Assembly (NCBI GenBank): GCA_013265495.1
Contig: MU061538.1
Location: 434,001 to 498,000, forward strand
Direction of reading: 5' to 3'
DNA length: 64,000 bases
Origin: Vicugna vicugna
Lineage: Eukaryota
Shown piece after piece: positions 35,649 to 49,399 of this stretch. Position numbers and translations under genes: made by a program. The notes under the pieces were generated by a model. That model was not told the DNA's origin and made no database searches. It was given only the letters and a program-made list of their open reading frames with translations. Every line of letters starts with the position of its first letter. The first letter of the stretch is position 1.

Positions 35649-36224
35649 CACAGTCCTCCTTCCTGACCCCGGACACCCTCCACTCGGGCCCAGAAGCCTG
35701 GAGAGATGCAGGCCTGGCAGGTGCTGGGCAACAGCTGTGGGCGGGCAGCTGAGCTGGGCACCTGGTTCTGCCTCGGCCTCAGGGCCCACCTCCCTGGATG
35801 CTGACCACGGACCGGAGCCCTCCCAGGGCTGTGGCTGCGGCGCCTACACTGCACCTCCATCTGTGTGGGACGTCTTGTAATCGTGTATTAGGGAGTCCTC
35901 AGGACCGTGGGCGCAGAGAGCCTGGGGGCATCATCAAGCCGTGCGGAGCGGGGATGGGGGACACCAGACTCTTACTCAGCCTGTCTGCACAGACTTCACC
36001 CTTTGTCTCTGTGGGATGAAGGCCCTATTAAAGGCTACTTCGTGTGTACAGACCCTGAATTACACAGCTTTTTTTTTTAAAGAGAGCATAAAGCAAAAAA
36101 AAGTTTAAGAGGTAACTCCCTTCCCTTGAGAAGCACCCGGACCTAATGCTACACTAAGAACACCTGCTTCCTTCCCCCCCTGCTGGTGACACACCCTGCA
36201 GTCACCGAGGGGCTGTCCCTCCAG

Positions 36225-36598
36225 GCTCGTTCCCAGAGCTGCCTCGGTGAGTCCCACAGTCGGGCCCTAAACAGAAGACGTCTGGTGTCTCCCGTCCCGG
36301 AGGCCGGGATCTGACACCCAGTGTCGGCCAGTTGGCTTCTCCTGAGGCCTCTCTCCTTGGCGAGCGGACGACCGTCTTCTCCCCGTGTCCTGACGTGGCT
36401 GTCCCTCTGTGCATGTCTGTGTCCTGATCGCCTCTTCTTGTAAGGACGCAGGTCACGCTGGATCAGGGCCCTCCCACAGGACCTCGTTTTGCCTTCATTA
36501 TCTCCTTAAAGGCCCCGTCTCCAAATGCTTGTCTTATAGGTCCTGGGGTTAGGGCTTCAACACGGGGACTTGGAGGGGACACAGCTCAGCTCCGACAT
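36225..36598 (-). mobile_element. MLT1A-like (MaLR) solo LTR
   Basis: ggcttctcctgaggcctctctccttggc...ccgtcttctccccgtgtcct...tcttcttgtaaggacgcaggtcacgctggatcagggccc...aaggccccgtctccaaat...ggggttagggcttcaaca...ggaggggacacagctcagc. Confidence 0.85.
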
Positions 36599-38023
36599 GG
36601 ACCCGTAATCCAGTCTGTCCTGTTCACGTCTCATTACTCGGGGCTCCTTTTATATGTTAGCCCCAAAGGACCGCCTTCGGGCAAGTCCGCTTCTGAGAAA
36701 TACCTGTGTGCCGTGTGCTGCGCCAGACGACACATAAGAAAGTGAAGGGTCTACCAAGCCGATCGGGGAGATAAAAATAAGTAAGTGAAACTCAGTGTGC
36801 GTTTTCAGAAGCATATGGGGCAGTTCGTCCAAAACCCCGTCAAATCCGTGGTTTGATCTGGGACACCGAGTCACAGTGATGAAGTGACCATTCAGTGCAG
36901 AGGCTGTGACTGTCACCAGTGGTGCTGGGTGTTCTGGCGGGAGGGCTGGTGTCCAGGGTGCGGGGGTGCTGGCCGTGCTGGCTGCCGGCTGGTCCCGCTG
37001 GGTGGTTTTGCAGGGCAAGCATGTCTCGGGATGTGAGGACCAGGGCGCCAGGCAGACGCTCCCCTCCCGCAGGGAGGCCTCCGAGAAGTTCTTGACATCT
37101 GACGCGGTATCAGTCACGTTGCCACTTCATTTCTTTGGCAAAGGGCCCCGAGTGTCTGGCTTGTTTCCGTTTTGGTGTTCAGCTGGTGGACTCAGTGGGT
37201 TTGGGGCGTCGGTGCTGATTCGTGGTGCTGCCTTTGCGCAACACGAAGGGGACTGCTTGTTAAACTGCTAATTTTCGGATCTTCTCTAAGTGAATGCAAA
37301 CAAATTCTGGTCCTCAAAGCCCTGCTAATGTACAATGTTCAATTTTTAATTTCCAGTCCATCTTAGATTATGGGATGAAAAACAATATTTAATCCCTCGT
37401 TAACACATGAATAAGCGGAAGCTGTCATTTTCAGCCAGACAATGACAGGATTATATCAAGAACTGTCAGTTTATGTGAAAACATTATGTTGCCCAAATTT
37501 TCATAAAAATTAGCAGTGGGTAATATTCAAGATCAGAGCAATGGAAAGAGGAAAGTCTGCATTCATGGTAATAAATATTCATATTTGTCTGCTCAGGAGA
37601 TGAAAATCTAATCAAGGGGCTATTGATGGGCTGGCCTTTTTTTTTTTAACCAAGACGTTTCATCTAAATTGGGTTTGAGATGGAAATCAGTCTCACTGGA
37701 GTCCTCCAGGCCCCCACACGCGGACACCGCGGCTGGGGTGTCCCCGGGTCAGAGGTGCTGGCGTGCACTGCTGCGGGCGGACGGCGTCACTCCGCTCCGG
37801 TCCTTAGAGCTTCATGCGTGGAGTCACTTGGACCTTCCCACCCTTTCTTAAGGAAAAAACAACATCATTTCATGCCGGTTAACTCCTAGCTACTCCAGGG
37901 TTAAAATCATCTGTGTTTTTGCTTTTGTTGACAATTACCATAAATCAGAAGACGCTCGGCATGGAGCTTAATGAAATATGTATGATTTTAAAAAGAAGAG
38001 ATGGTAACTGCAGGATGTTGCTT

Positions 38024-38064
38024 TGTGTGTGCGTGTGTGTCTGTGTGTGTGTGTGTGTGTGTGT
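38024..38064. repeat. Interrupted (GT)n microsatellite
   Basis: tgtgtgtgcgtgtgtgtctgtgtgtgtgtgtgtgtgtgtgt. Confidence 0.95.
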
Positions 38065-40791
38065 CTGTCCAGAGCCAAGTCCCTCGGGGGTGGGGCGGGG
38101 GTGCTGAAAGGAGATGGGGAGGGACTCGTGGGTCACAGCTGCCCGCCAGCTCCGCTCTCCCTGGTGGCCCGGGGCTCCTCCCTGTCCAGTGCTGCTGTGC
38201 TCTGCTTGCTGTGTGGATACGGAGCTAACGCCTCTTCTCCAGGAGAAGTCACTCCTCCTCCAAGTCAGGCTCGGTGCGTGTCCTGCCGGCACCGTCCCCT
38301 GGGTCCCTGTGCCTGGTTCCCCCAAGCAGGCCTCCCCCGCTGTTACCTGTGCCTTACGGCGCCCAGCCCTTCCGCCCCAGCCTCTCGTCACCCTGGGGGA
38401 CCTGCCACCTCCGCTTCTTCCCTGTGTGACCTGGTCTCTGTGCACATGTTGTACGGAGCCGAGCCGGCCCCGTGCTCAGCCGTCAAGTGCTGTGTCGACA
38501 GTCTCGTGCCCTGTAGCGTGGAGGGTTAGGAGCAGCTGGCGTCGCCGTGCGGGCCGGAGCCCGCTGTCTGCGTGGCGGGGCCCGGGGAGCCGGCGGCATG
38601 CGTCCCAACCCGTCTGAGGCCAAGGCGCAGGAGCACGGGTGTCCAAGAGCAGAGACAGTGATGTCTCAGCTCAAGCAGGGAGCACCTTCGCCACCCCCGC
38701 CTTTCTGTCCTGACCCTCGACAGACTGGTGACGCCCCCACCTTGGTCCTTGGTGCAGCCTCTTCCTGCGCTTACTGGTCCACGACTCAGACGCCCACGTC
38801 CTCCCAAAACACGGGCACAGACACACCCAGAAATGGTGTTCCCGGGCCACCTGGGGTCCCTCAGCCCAGGCAAGGTGACACTGGAATTGACTGTCACACG
38901 TCCTGGCACTCCTCTTCCCCGCAGCCGACACCTGGAGACGCTGCACGGCAACGTCCTCTTCTCCACAAGGGTGGTGGCGGCCTTCCCGGGTGGGCTGGCC
39001 AGCTGGGGTTCCCGCTGCTGCATGACCTTCAGGGGTCGTCCTTGTCACACTGGAGGGAAGGCGCTGGCGGGGTCCCGGGCTTCCCTTCCTGGGGGTGAAG
39101 ACCCGTGAGCATCCCAGCCCCGTGTTCCTGCCGAGACCTTGCTGTGGCCCTGCTCCCGGGGGCGGGGGGCGCGGGGCTCGGAGCCACCAACCGTGGTCGT
39201 TGAAGGGGAACTTGGGCCTAACTGGGATTATTATTTGGGGTGGTGTGAATATCAGTTCTGTTCTTTCAAGGGAAGACAACCCACAACGACAACCCCAAAA
39301 ATAGTGTCAGGACTTAGGCGGCTTTGGGGGTGCGGTCTGCCCTGGGTTAGTCCTGTCTCCTCAGTGCTGGTCTGCGGGGCGGTGACCCGGAGGAGAAGGC
39401 ACTGCTTCTCTGTCCTCGGAGTCGTCCCAGAGACAGTGACCGACAGGAGACTTGGCGTAACTGGCAAGGGTCCTCTCACAGCCGAAGAGACCAGAGGGAC
39501 TTTCTGATGGACCCACTGGGCATTGCTTCACGGGCTCTGGTTCATCCGGCTGTTACGTGAAAGAAGGACCTGGGAAGGCAGGTGAGTGCGGGACGGAAGT
39601 GGGCGTGTGATCAGGTTCCTCAATTCCTACCGTTGTTGGGAGAAGCTGGAGCAGGTGGTTCCCAGGCCAGGAGCTGCTGGAGAACTCGCTTCTGTCGTCC
39701 GCGGGTGTGGCCTATGCCACGAGGCCCCGGGGGCCAGTACCACCCCAGCCCTCCTCCGGGAGGGACAGCACAGGACTGGCCTCTCGCCTCCCTGTGATGC
39801 GGCCGCGTGGCCGCCGCTGGACCACTAGGGGTCACACTTACATCCCTGGATCCGGAGTCAGTGGGCTTCCGGGATCCGGCGCTCCCTCCTCCGCGAGCTG
39901 GCAGGACTTTACCAGGATGTGAGGGATGGGGGAGAGGGGAGAGAGGACAGGAAGGGGACGTGGAGGAACAGCAGACGGGACGTGTCCAGAGCTCTGTCTC
40001 TGGGGTGACCCCGCACTGCAGAATTAAGGACCCGGGGCTGCAGTAAAGTCTGTGGGTGACAAGCAGTTTCGGTGACTTAACTGAGCGTCCCCACCGGCAG
40101 CACGGCAGGGAGGCAGTGCCACCTGCCAGCAAGGTCACCAGCAAGGGCACCAGGGGTCGCTGGTTTGTACCTTCCGTCTCCTGCTATAAGCACCTGACGC
40201 CGATGGGAGGAGAGCCCTCAACGGCTCCCCGTGCCCGTGGAAGGCCTGCCCAGTTTCCAGGTTCCTCCGGTGTGAGGCTCCACAGGGCTCCTGGGAGAGC
40301 ACGTCCAGACCCGTGACGGCCCCGTCTGCAGAACCCGCAGCAGCGCTCCGCGTGTGCAGGACGGGCAGCGGGGCGACTGCCTGCGACGCGCCTCTGCCCC
40401 TGCGGAGGGTCTGCCCTACAGGATCCTGTGCTTCCGTCTCCCTACGCACGAGTGTGATGTGTGAGCCTGTGGGCACGTGTGCGAGCGTGTCGTGTGCGAG
40501 CGTGCGCGTGTGCAAGTGTGCTGCTTCGCTGCTCTGGTGCTGCCGCCGACGCCCCCTTTCCTCATCTCCCCCGGCCCCCCGAGCTGCCTGCCGGGGGTCG
40601 GAAGTTCCCTGACTGAGGGACAGTCAGGTGGCCCTGAAGTTTCTCTGAGAATCTCAGTTGGGGGAAATGGAAATTCCTTGAAAGAAGAGTGGCTGTGAGG
40701 GCACCAGAGGCGAGAAGGAGCCTCCAGGCTGGGGTGGGGGGGTATAAGCAGAGTCAGAGGGCGGGGCTGTGTCGTAAGGCGGGGCTGCGGG

Positions 40792-40865
40792 NNNNNNNNN
40801 NNNNNNNNNNNNNNNNNNNNNNNNNNNNNNNNNNNNNNNNNNNNNNNNNNNNNNNNNNNNNNNNN
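40792..40865. other. Assembly gap (74 N)
   Basis: Run of N flanked by G-rich sequence. Confidence 0.99.
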
Positions 40866-42904
40866 GACAGAGGAAGCGGGAGGGGCTGGCGACTCCGAGG
40901 AGAGAAGTGGTGAGGCCCCTGACGCCCGCGCGTGGTGGCGGAAACGGGCGGGAGGGCGGCGGGGGCCTGATGTGTTTGTGGCAACGGGGCCGTGGGGCCC
41001 GGGAGGGACAGCAGCCTGTCCAGTTTCCTTCAAGGTGGAGGGGAGAAGCAGGAAGCCCAGAGACTGGCGAGGAGACGGCGAGGGCTGGGACCAGGGTGGA
41101 GGAGGGACGGAGAGGACATGTGGGGTGCCCCCCACCCCTGGCCCCGGCGGCTGGTCAGACGTGCACGTGGTGTGAAGGTGAGTGGCGGGCTGGCGGGTGG
41201 GGGCCACCTAGCTCACCCGTCACCCTCCCCCACCCCCCAACTGAACACAGGCTGCGGGAGGCCCTGGGATTTGATGGGGGTTTGGGTTGGGTGTGGGTGG
41301 GAGGCCGGGTCGGGAGGAGGAGAGGGAGACCCTGGCGTGAATCAGGAGTGAGAGTCTCGGCCCTGGGAGCCGAGAAGCGGGCGAATGCTGGCGGTGGCGT
41401 CCTGGCTGGGCAGCCCTCCCTCTCAGTGGATTTTTTGGCTTCATCTGAGATTGAGCTCGGGTTTTTCGCTGGACCAGAAAGTGTCCTGTAACACAGACGA
41501 CACCACAGCTTCATGTGGAAACGAGAACTCGGGGGCTGGCCTGGGAGCTCACCGGTGCCCAAATGCAGGAAGGGGCACAGCAAAGACCCCTGGACGCCCC
41601 CTCCCCCCGGAGGCTGAGGGCTGGAAGGGCCCCGACCCCAGGAGCGGGGGCTGGTGGGATCCCAGGGCCGTCGGCGCTGTTCAGCGAGAGCAGCTGTCCT
41701 GTCCCCAGCTAGACGGTGAGCCTGGGAGAGAACACGGCTGACCCTGCGTCATCCCAGGACGACCCCAGAGCTACAGTCAGGGCTCAGCCTCGAGGTCACT
41801 GGGGTGGTGACGTCGGCAGTGACGAAGCGCTGTGGCTGCGGACGCTGTGCGGGTCCCTTCCTGCACATGGGAGTGTGCGCGAGCGTGTGTTGAGGGAACT
41901 TGAGGCCTGAGACGAATTGTGTTTAACTTATCAGGGTTTTCAGTGAGTGTTTCTTCCTTGGGAAACTGCTCCTTGGTGTGAAGTTCCGCCAGGCGCCAGC
42001 CCGGCCCGGCTGCTGTTGACGGCCGCCAGCAACTCCGACACGGGCGGCGTCGGCCAGGAATGTCCAGGACACGTCCCTGCCATCGAGGCAGACAGGCTGG
42101 TCTGGGTGCGCTGACGCATTTCACTTGTGTGCCCTCCGAGCCCGGGCCGCACAGGGTCTTCCAGAGAAGGGACGGGGGCGCTGCAGGCCGGCTGTGTGCC
42201 GTCCCACCCGGAGGGCCTGAGTGCCACCACCCCTGGGGCGGAAAGTCCCACAGCAGAGTTTCAACAGGTGACAACCCGACCTCCTCCGGCGTCCCTGCCC
42301 ACAGAGCCTGTTTTTCTTGTGACACCAGCGGAGCTCACTTAGGAGAGCGCCAGCCTGTCCCAACCAGAGCTCGGAGGATGTCGGGGACTCGAGGGACGCA
42401 GAGACCGGATGCTCCGCTTTCTTATGAGAAAGTCCAGCCTTCCTGAAGCTGCATGTCCAGGTCCCAGCTCCTCGCAGCGGGTCCGTCTCCCATGTGCGTT
42501 TGCACATGACTCACGCCTGCACCGCGGCCTGGCTGTGCACGGCGTGGACTGGCCCCACCGCACCGTGGCCCTGATGCTTCCAGGACCTGCGTCTAAACAG
42601 CGCACCCATGGACACGAGCTTTGTGAATCCCTCTTAAAAAGCATTCCAAACTGGATTTTGTTTTCGAGCCAGATGAGAGGCCCTGGGCTTTATTATTATT
42701 ATTATTTTTGCCGATCTGTGAGTATTGAGTGTTCACTCATTCTTCCGTTCCGTGCACACCGTGGTAACCTCAGGAGCCACACTGGACTCCAGAACCACAC
42801 ACACTGGAACAGAGGCCCCATTCTCAAGGCTTTTCAGAGCGAGGCGGTCAATATCAGTTGGCTGTCTGGGGGCCGGCTTCTGTTCTGAAAATAGAGATGA
42901 ATTT

Positions 42905-42965
42905 AAACACGAAGTCCTGAGTCCTGCCCTCAGTGACCTCATAATCTAGTGGAAGAAATAGGATG
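42905..42965 (+). mobile_element. L2 3'-end fragment
   Basis: gtcctgccctcagtgacctcataatctagtggaagaaatag resembles the L2 motif gtccctgccctcaaggagctcacagtctagtgggga. Confidence 0.45.
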
Positions 42966-45900
42966 GATGCGTCGAAAGCAAACAAGTCAACGGTGTGTGA
43001 GGAATTAGCGAATGAGGTGAACACGGACTCTCAGTTTTCAGGGCAGACTCCCATGGCAGTGGGCTCTCTCCTTCTGAGGGAGCTTCATAGCAGAGCAGGC
43101 GCTCCAGCCAGTGTGGAGGTCGGACTCAGTCCCACAGCGGGACCCCTGAGTCCCAGCCCCCAGGGTGCAGGGAGCCACCCTGTTTGGAGCCCGGGAGGCT
43201 CCGGGTGGGATAACCGAGGCTGAGAGACGCCATGCGGGAGTCGGTGGGCCCGGAGTGCAGGGCAGCCGTGTCCCTGGAGAGAGGACAACTCTGGGTGAGG
43301 ACAGGACAGGGCGGAGGCTGCAGGGTGCGTCTGCAGACCGAGGGGGCGGCAGGGAGGCCCCTCCCCGGGGACTTGAGGGGGGCCCTGCCCACTCCTGACC
43401 TCAGGCTTTGGGCCTGAGAGAAGACGCTTCTGCTGTTCTGAGCCACCCCGTGTGTGGCGCTGTGTTCGTGGCTGGGTTTCAGAACGACGTAAGATGTCTG
43501 GGCAGAGACAGAGGAACTGGCAGGAACCTGTGCTTGGAAACCGTGAGGTCCCGGGGGCAGCTGGGAAGCCAGTCGAGAGCCAAACGCTTGTTTAGGGAGG
43601 TGACAGGAGGGTGGGCTCCTGGGCGGGGTATGGAGCCCAGATCACCCCCTGGACCCCCATGGGCCGAGTGGGCACCTGCACCTGCGCCCGGCTTCTGGAA
43701 AGCGTCTATTTTTTTATGTCACTTATATTTAAAAATACAAGAACTGAAGGCTTGGGCCTCACGGGGCGTGTTCTAGAGCTGTGCCACCCCCTCTGCGCTG
43801 GAGGTCAGGCCCTGCTCTCTGTGCCCCTTTAAGAGAGAGGCGGTGGGCTCCCAGGCTTCTCCGCAGGCCCTCAAACGAGCCGCGGTTCCTCTGTCCTCCT
43901 CTTGGTTCTTGATTAACTTGGGGCAGGGCCGGCGGGGCCTGCTCTGGACTCCGATTCTGACCACGTTGACTGCGTCGCCTGGGGCAGCTCCACGGAAAAT
44001 AAAACAGCCCTGAGCCCGAGCCGCCGGCCGCCGACTGAACCCACCAGCCAGCGCGGGCAGGCGGCCCCTCGAGCCGCCTGGGCCACGCCTGCGCTCAGTG
44101 GAGCTTTATTTAGAGCTTGTGCACTTAGATGAAACATGGGAGACCGCCAGCCACTGCCCACAGTCCCGCTCTGCCACCGCGTTGTCTCCGCACGACCGAG
44201 ATATTAAAGCAGAGGTTAGGTATTAAAAGCCTCGTTAAAACACAGAAATGGGATCTGCATAGACGATGTCTAATTCCAGACTGGAAAGGCATTCACAGAG
44301 GACACGGTTAGGTGTCTAGACCTAGCTTGGAAAGTCCTTATAGGAGAACAGACGAGAATTCACGGCCATGTTCAGAATGTACGAACTCTGCCTTTTTCCT
44401 AAATGCGAAGTGGTGCATCTCCAAGGAGTGTCTGACGAGACAGGAGACCGGATTCTGTTTGAAGGCTGTTGCCCACCGGGACGGCCAGCGGGGGGACGTG
44501 GGTGTGGGACGGCGGCCATGTGGTCTGGAGAGGGCACCATCTGCAGCCCCAGGCCCCGCGAGTCCTGGGCTGGCCCCACCGCGTGGCGCTGCCTCCAGCA
44601 GGTGCCCCCGCACGCTGAGCGGGCCAGGTGGCCTCCCTCACAGGGCAGGCGAGGAAGTGGCTCCCACAGACCCGAGGGATGTCCAGGGAAGAGCCACTGC
44701 CCAGCCAGCAGCGGGACCACACGGGCTGGATCTGGGCCACTAAGAGACGGAGACCCCCAGCAGGGCGGCTGCTCCCGTGGACCCCCTCCCCAGGCCAGCG
44801 GTGTCGACTTCCTGTGAGGGGGGCACTCACCGACTTTGCCGTTGGGCGGAATGCCAAACAGGCTCCCAAGGGCCTGGGGCCTGTGTGCAGAGCAGTGCTG
44901 ACCAGACCTCGATTCATAGACCTGGGCCTCCAAAGGGAAGGCGTAAAGGAGGAGACGCGCGCAGAGGGGCGGGTGGCACCTCTAACAGCAGCAGCAGCAG
45001 CTCTGTGGGGAAAGGCCTCAGAGCGGGAATGACTGTGGGTGAAGTAGCTGCCGTGACCGAGAAAGCTCTTCAGGAAGGTTCCAGGCTGAGGCCACAGAGC
45101 TCACGCCACGTGTGAGCTCCCCTTGGGGCCCCGGCTGACCGCTGCCTCCCCGACCTCCAGCAGGGTCCCGGTTCCAGGACGGAAGAGCCGCTGTCAGCAG
45201 CCGGGGACAGGGCGGGGCGCCCACAGGCGGGGCGTTGGGCCGCCTGTGCCTGTGGACTCGCGGTTTAGAAACAAAGGTGCGTTTTCTCCCTGGGCTGCAT
45301 TCGTGTGAGTTCCAAACACACGTCACGATTATCTGGAGACACTAAGGGACAATTCACGTTCTCAGCTGATGTTCTTTCATTGTTTGAGTGGTGCACGTGC
45401 TATCTAAGCACTGACCGCCGCCCCACGGGGCAGAGGCCCCCAGACAGTCCAGTTAAAGGGGTGATTGAAAGGCCCCGGATGAAGGCCCTGGCAGGGTGGT
45501 GATGCCCCTGTGTTGGTTAGCTCAGGGCGAGGGGGCAGAGGCCCGGAGCCCCAGGGCGGGCCCTCCATCCTTGCTCTGCGTCTCTCAGCCCCTGCCGCAG
45601 GAACGCCCCTTGCTTTGGGCAGATGAAGAGGAGCAAGGGCCTGAACCCACTTTATGAGCCGCCTCAGTGGTCAGCCTCAGCTTCATGTTACACGTTGATG
45701 TGGCAAGAATTTTACCTGCTGCTGAAGGAAGGTCCCCTCTGCCCGGACTGGGTCTGCCCTGTGGGGCCCCATGGGATCCCACGGGATCTGGACCCTCGTC
45801 TCTGAAGAACTCGGGGATCGGGGTCCCCCTCAGCCCCCACGGTAGACCCCTCTGGGAGGAACTTAAAGCGGCTTAAACGGCTCACGTTATCCCCCTCAGT

Positions 45901-48900
45901 GGGCCGTCCACTCTGACGGGACGTCCACGCGGCCTCACAGTCAAACCTCAGGTCGTCTGCTCCAGGGAGGTGGAAACCGCTCTCCTGGCGCTTTGAGCAG
46001 GAAGAGTCTGGAAGCACAGCAAGACTGTGTGTCTCCCTCCCTCCCTCCTCCCAGCTTCCCTGCAGAAGCGCAGCTGAGAAGCCTCGTGTGTGGCTCACAA
46101 ATCGAGCTCCGCGAGGCACCGAGACCCTTGAGCTGGTTGCGGGGCCCCCACGTCGGGGACGGCTGCCAGCGGCCACGCCGCTGTGCGAGGATGGCGGTCT
46201 CTCCGTGAGCGGCACTCCTTTTCCCCCGTGAAATGTTTTCAAGCACATTTGATCTGTAGCTCATTTAATCCAAGGGTGTGTGAGTAGGAGAGGTTAACGG
46301 CTCCGTTCCTGGAAGACAGTCCGGGGTGCAGGGGAGCCGCCCCTGAGCAGCAGCCGCCAGTCTGAGCCGTTTCCTCTTCCTCCTGCGATGGGCCCCGGTC
46401 TCCTCCTGCGCCCAGCGCCGCGACCAGGAGAGCTGTTTCCACCTCCCTGGAGCAGATGATCTGAGGTCTGACTGCAAGGCCACAAGGACACCCCGTCGGG
46501 GTGGACGGCCCCCCAAGGGGGTAACGCTCCCCGCTGTTGCCAGGACTGCGGACGGACGGCAGAACTCAGGATATTTGGGACGTCAGGAGAGCCCAGGGCA
46601 GAACCAGGGAGCTGAGTGGGAGGGTGGAGAGGCCGGGTGCCGCCCTGCACGGCCCCTAGGTTCGCGCCGTGTGAGCGAGAACTGACCGCCGCAGACTCCA
46701 GCTTGTGCTGTTGGAGATCTGCCACGTGCCGCTGGATCTGTCCTAAACGAGGCCGGGTCCGGGGCCCAGCCCAGGCCATCACTCCTGAGTGCAGCCCCAG
46801 CTTGGGGGCGTCACTGAGATGCAGCCGGGGGGCCTGACCTCCCACCACGGAGCTGTGTGACCCAGAGCAGATTCGCAATCCCTCTGGCCCTCCAGCCAGA
46901 GGAGGGGGCTGGCCTCCTGCTCGCTGTCTCCCCGCCACCCACCACCCCCAGGTCCAGTAGGACCCTCAGCTTGTGAGACCTGACCTCGGGAAAGGAACCA
47001 GGGAATGGCCCCATTGCCTCAGAGACCCCTGCCCATCACGGGGTCCACAGTCTGGCACAGATGCTCTGGAGTCCTGGGAGCCAGCCACATGAATCTGCCC
47101 ATGGACGCTGGCCCGGGACCGGCCATCGGGTCGGAGTGTGGGGCTGGGGTCCGAGTGCACGGCGGGGTGCTGAGTCAGCAGGGGGCATGGGGATCAGTCT
47201 CCCTCCCCTCCATCACAGTGTGGCTGCCGCCGGCCAGCTGGGGGCAGGTCCGGGCTGCGCAGAGGCAGAGGCAGGACAGCGAGCTGAGGCGCCGTCGGTG
47301 ACTCGGGAGGGGCCTGTCAGACACGTGAGGGAGCGGGTCTCCGTGGGGCCCTGAGGAGGCGCCTCGTGGCCACTCCACGTGGAGGCCTGGGTGGTGCTGA
47401 CAAGCTCCCTGACTTCCTGGACGGTGGGGACTCTTTTCTCACCTGGAAAACAGGCTGCCGTGTCCACCCCACAGGGAAACCCCGGGGTCTCTTGGTCACC
47501 TCAGTCCAGCGCCGTCACAGCGACCACCCAGCAGTGGTGGGCGGGGGCTGGCACCTGCGCCCTGGGCTGGTGGGGAGGCCCCTGTTCCAGCCTCCAGATT
47601 GCCTTACGCCCCCACCTGTCCCCAGTGTCACCAGGGGAGGCCTTCGCCTTCAGAGCCTCACTTACGGGCCCTTCCGTCTCCTCTGAAGGCGGTCTGGGCT
47701 GTTCTTAGAGTTCGTTGACCGTCCGGCTGCTTTACAGCCGAACTCAGATGGTCTCAGTTTTCAAGGTCAGTTTGCTTTTTAGATCTCCTAGGATGGAGAC
47801 CTGAGTCATAGTCAGAGCCTACAGAAATGTAGTAACAAAAATAGTAACAAAACAGAAGAAACAGAGACCATGGGCGCACGGGAACGTGTCCTCACGTCAC
47901 TTGGACTTCGGGTAGCCAGGGCCGGTGGCGTGCGTGTGGGTCCAGCTGTTGTGTGGTCACCCGTCAGCACCCGGCTCACCCCTGCAGAGCGGTTAGCTCG
48001 GATCAGCCGCCGGAACCCAGCCCCGGGCTGGGAGGTGGTGGACGTGCGTGGTGGGGCGTGTAGACCAGCTTACACAGTGAGGGGCCCTCGTGACTGGTAA
48101 TAGAACAGCAGGGCTTGCTGGCTGCCAGAAGCCCGCCTTCCCCGTCTGGCCTGTGTCCGGGGTGTAGAACAAGTTCCCTTTCCTGAGAATGGCTTTGGGC
48201 TTCCCTGCTCACGGCCTCCTGTTCAGACTCGGGGCCCCCACCCCCTGCTTTGCCAGACCCCCTTCCCTCCAGGCCCCAGGCATGCTGCCATCACCTGAGA
48301 CGTCCTGTTGTCCTGGGACTTCAGCCCGAGGGCCGTTTCTCTTCCCCGCCGTCCCCTGCCTCCTCTGGCCTGTCCCCTCCCCAGTCAGGGGCTCAGCCGG
48401 CGCCCAGCCCAGCCCCAGCGAAGGGGCTCCAGCAGGCGGGATGGGGGACCTGAGCCTTCGGCCTCAGACCTGAGCTCAGCGTCTACCCACAGGAGGCCAG
48501 GCTCCCCCCTGCCCCCGGCCCCCACCAGCAGGTCCTCTGTCCTCCGGCCCTAGCCGAGCTCACGACGTCAGGTCCGAGGGTCCCTGTGTGTAGACATGCA
48601 ATGCGGCCGTCTGGAGAGAAGCCATGACTGCCTCGTCTCACCCCAGTCTCCCTCCCCATCAACGAAGCCACGTGGGTCACCAGCACTGCGCAGAGACTTC
48701 CCTCCCCGCCACGTGTGCAAAGCGAGGAGCTGTGTGTCTGAGTGCGTTGTGAGCATCTCGGAAGGTGCCCGAAGGCATCCACGCGTGTTAATACACACTC
48801 TTCGCTCCGGCACTGCACTCAGCCGTCAGCCTCCGAGGTTTCGATGTTCCCGGCTTGGCCTTGCTGCCCCCACGGAGGTGTCCCCTGGGGGATGGGTGCC

Positions 48901-49399
48901 CAGGGAGGGGGCACCAAGGAAAGGTGGGGAGCCCTTCACTTGTGGGGAGAGCTCAGGTGCAGGGGCGGGGCCCGACCCCAGGAAGCAGTGTGCGAGTTGG
49001 AGCCAGCACGCCGCCCCCGGCGACGATTAATTCATTAGCGCCCCGGACCATGCTGCATTGTTTTCTTGTAATTACACACGCCCCGCACGCCTGCTTTTGA
49101 AGACGTTAATCGCATGATTAGTTTTATGATTTCTTCTGATTACCAATTAAGTTACCTTTTTTGTATTTCATACGTGCCATCGGGGCTTATAGTGCAGCTT
49201 TTTTAATTTCTCACCTAGCGGGGGTCCTCGCACATCTGAAGGCTGCATTGCGCACTCAATAAACAGAGAGAGCGTAATTTTCTGTGTGAATCACTGGTGT
49301 GGACTCGGGAAGAGGATGTTTCAGATATTACGTGATCAGGAGTGACACTTAATTTTACAAGGGAGAAGTCTTCTGTTTCACTGTCACAACGATGTTCAC

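Noticed and set aside
39271-39587. Perfect CAG|GTGAGT donor at 39582 with a possible acceptor at 39270
   Set aside because: An isolated consensus match with no PTPRN2-like coding sequence; expected by chance in 64 kb.
39821-39835. CTCF-like ccactaggggtca
   Set aside because: There is a mismatch at a highly constrained G of the GGC core, so it is too weak to call.
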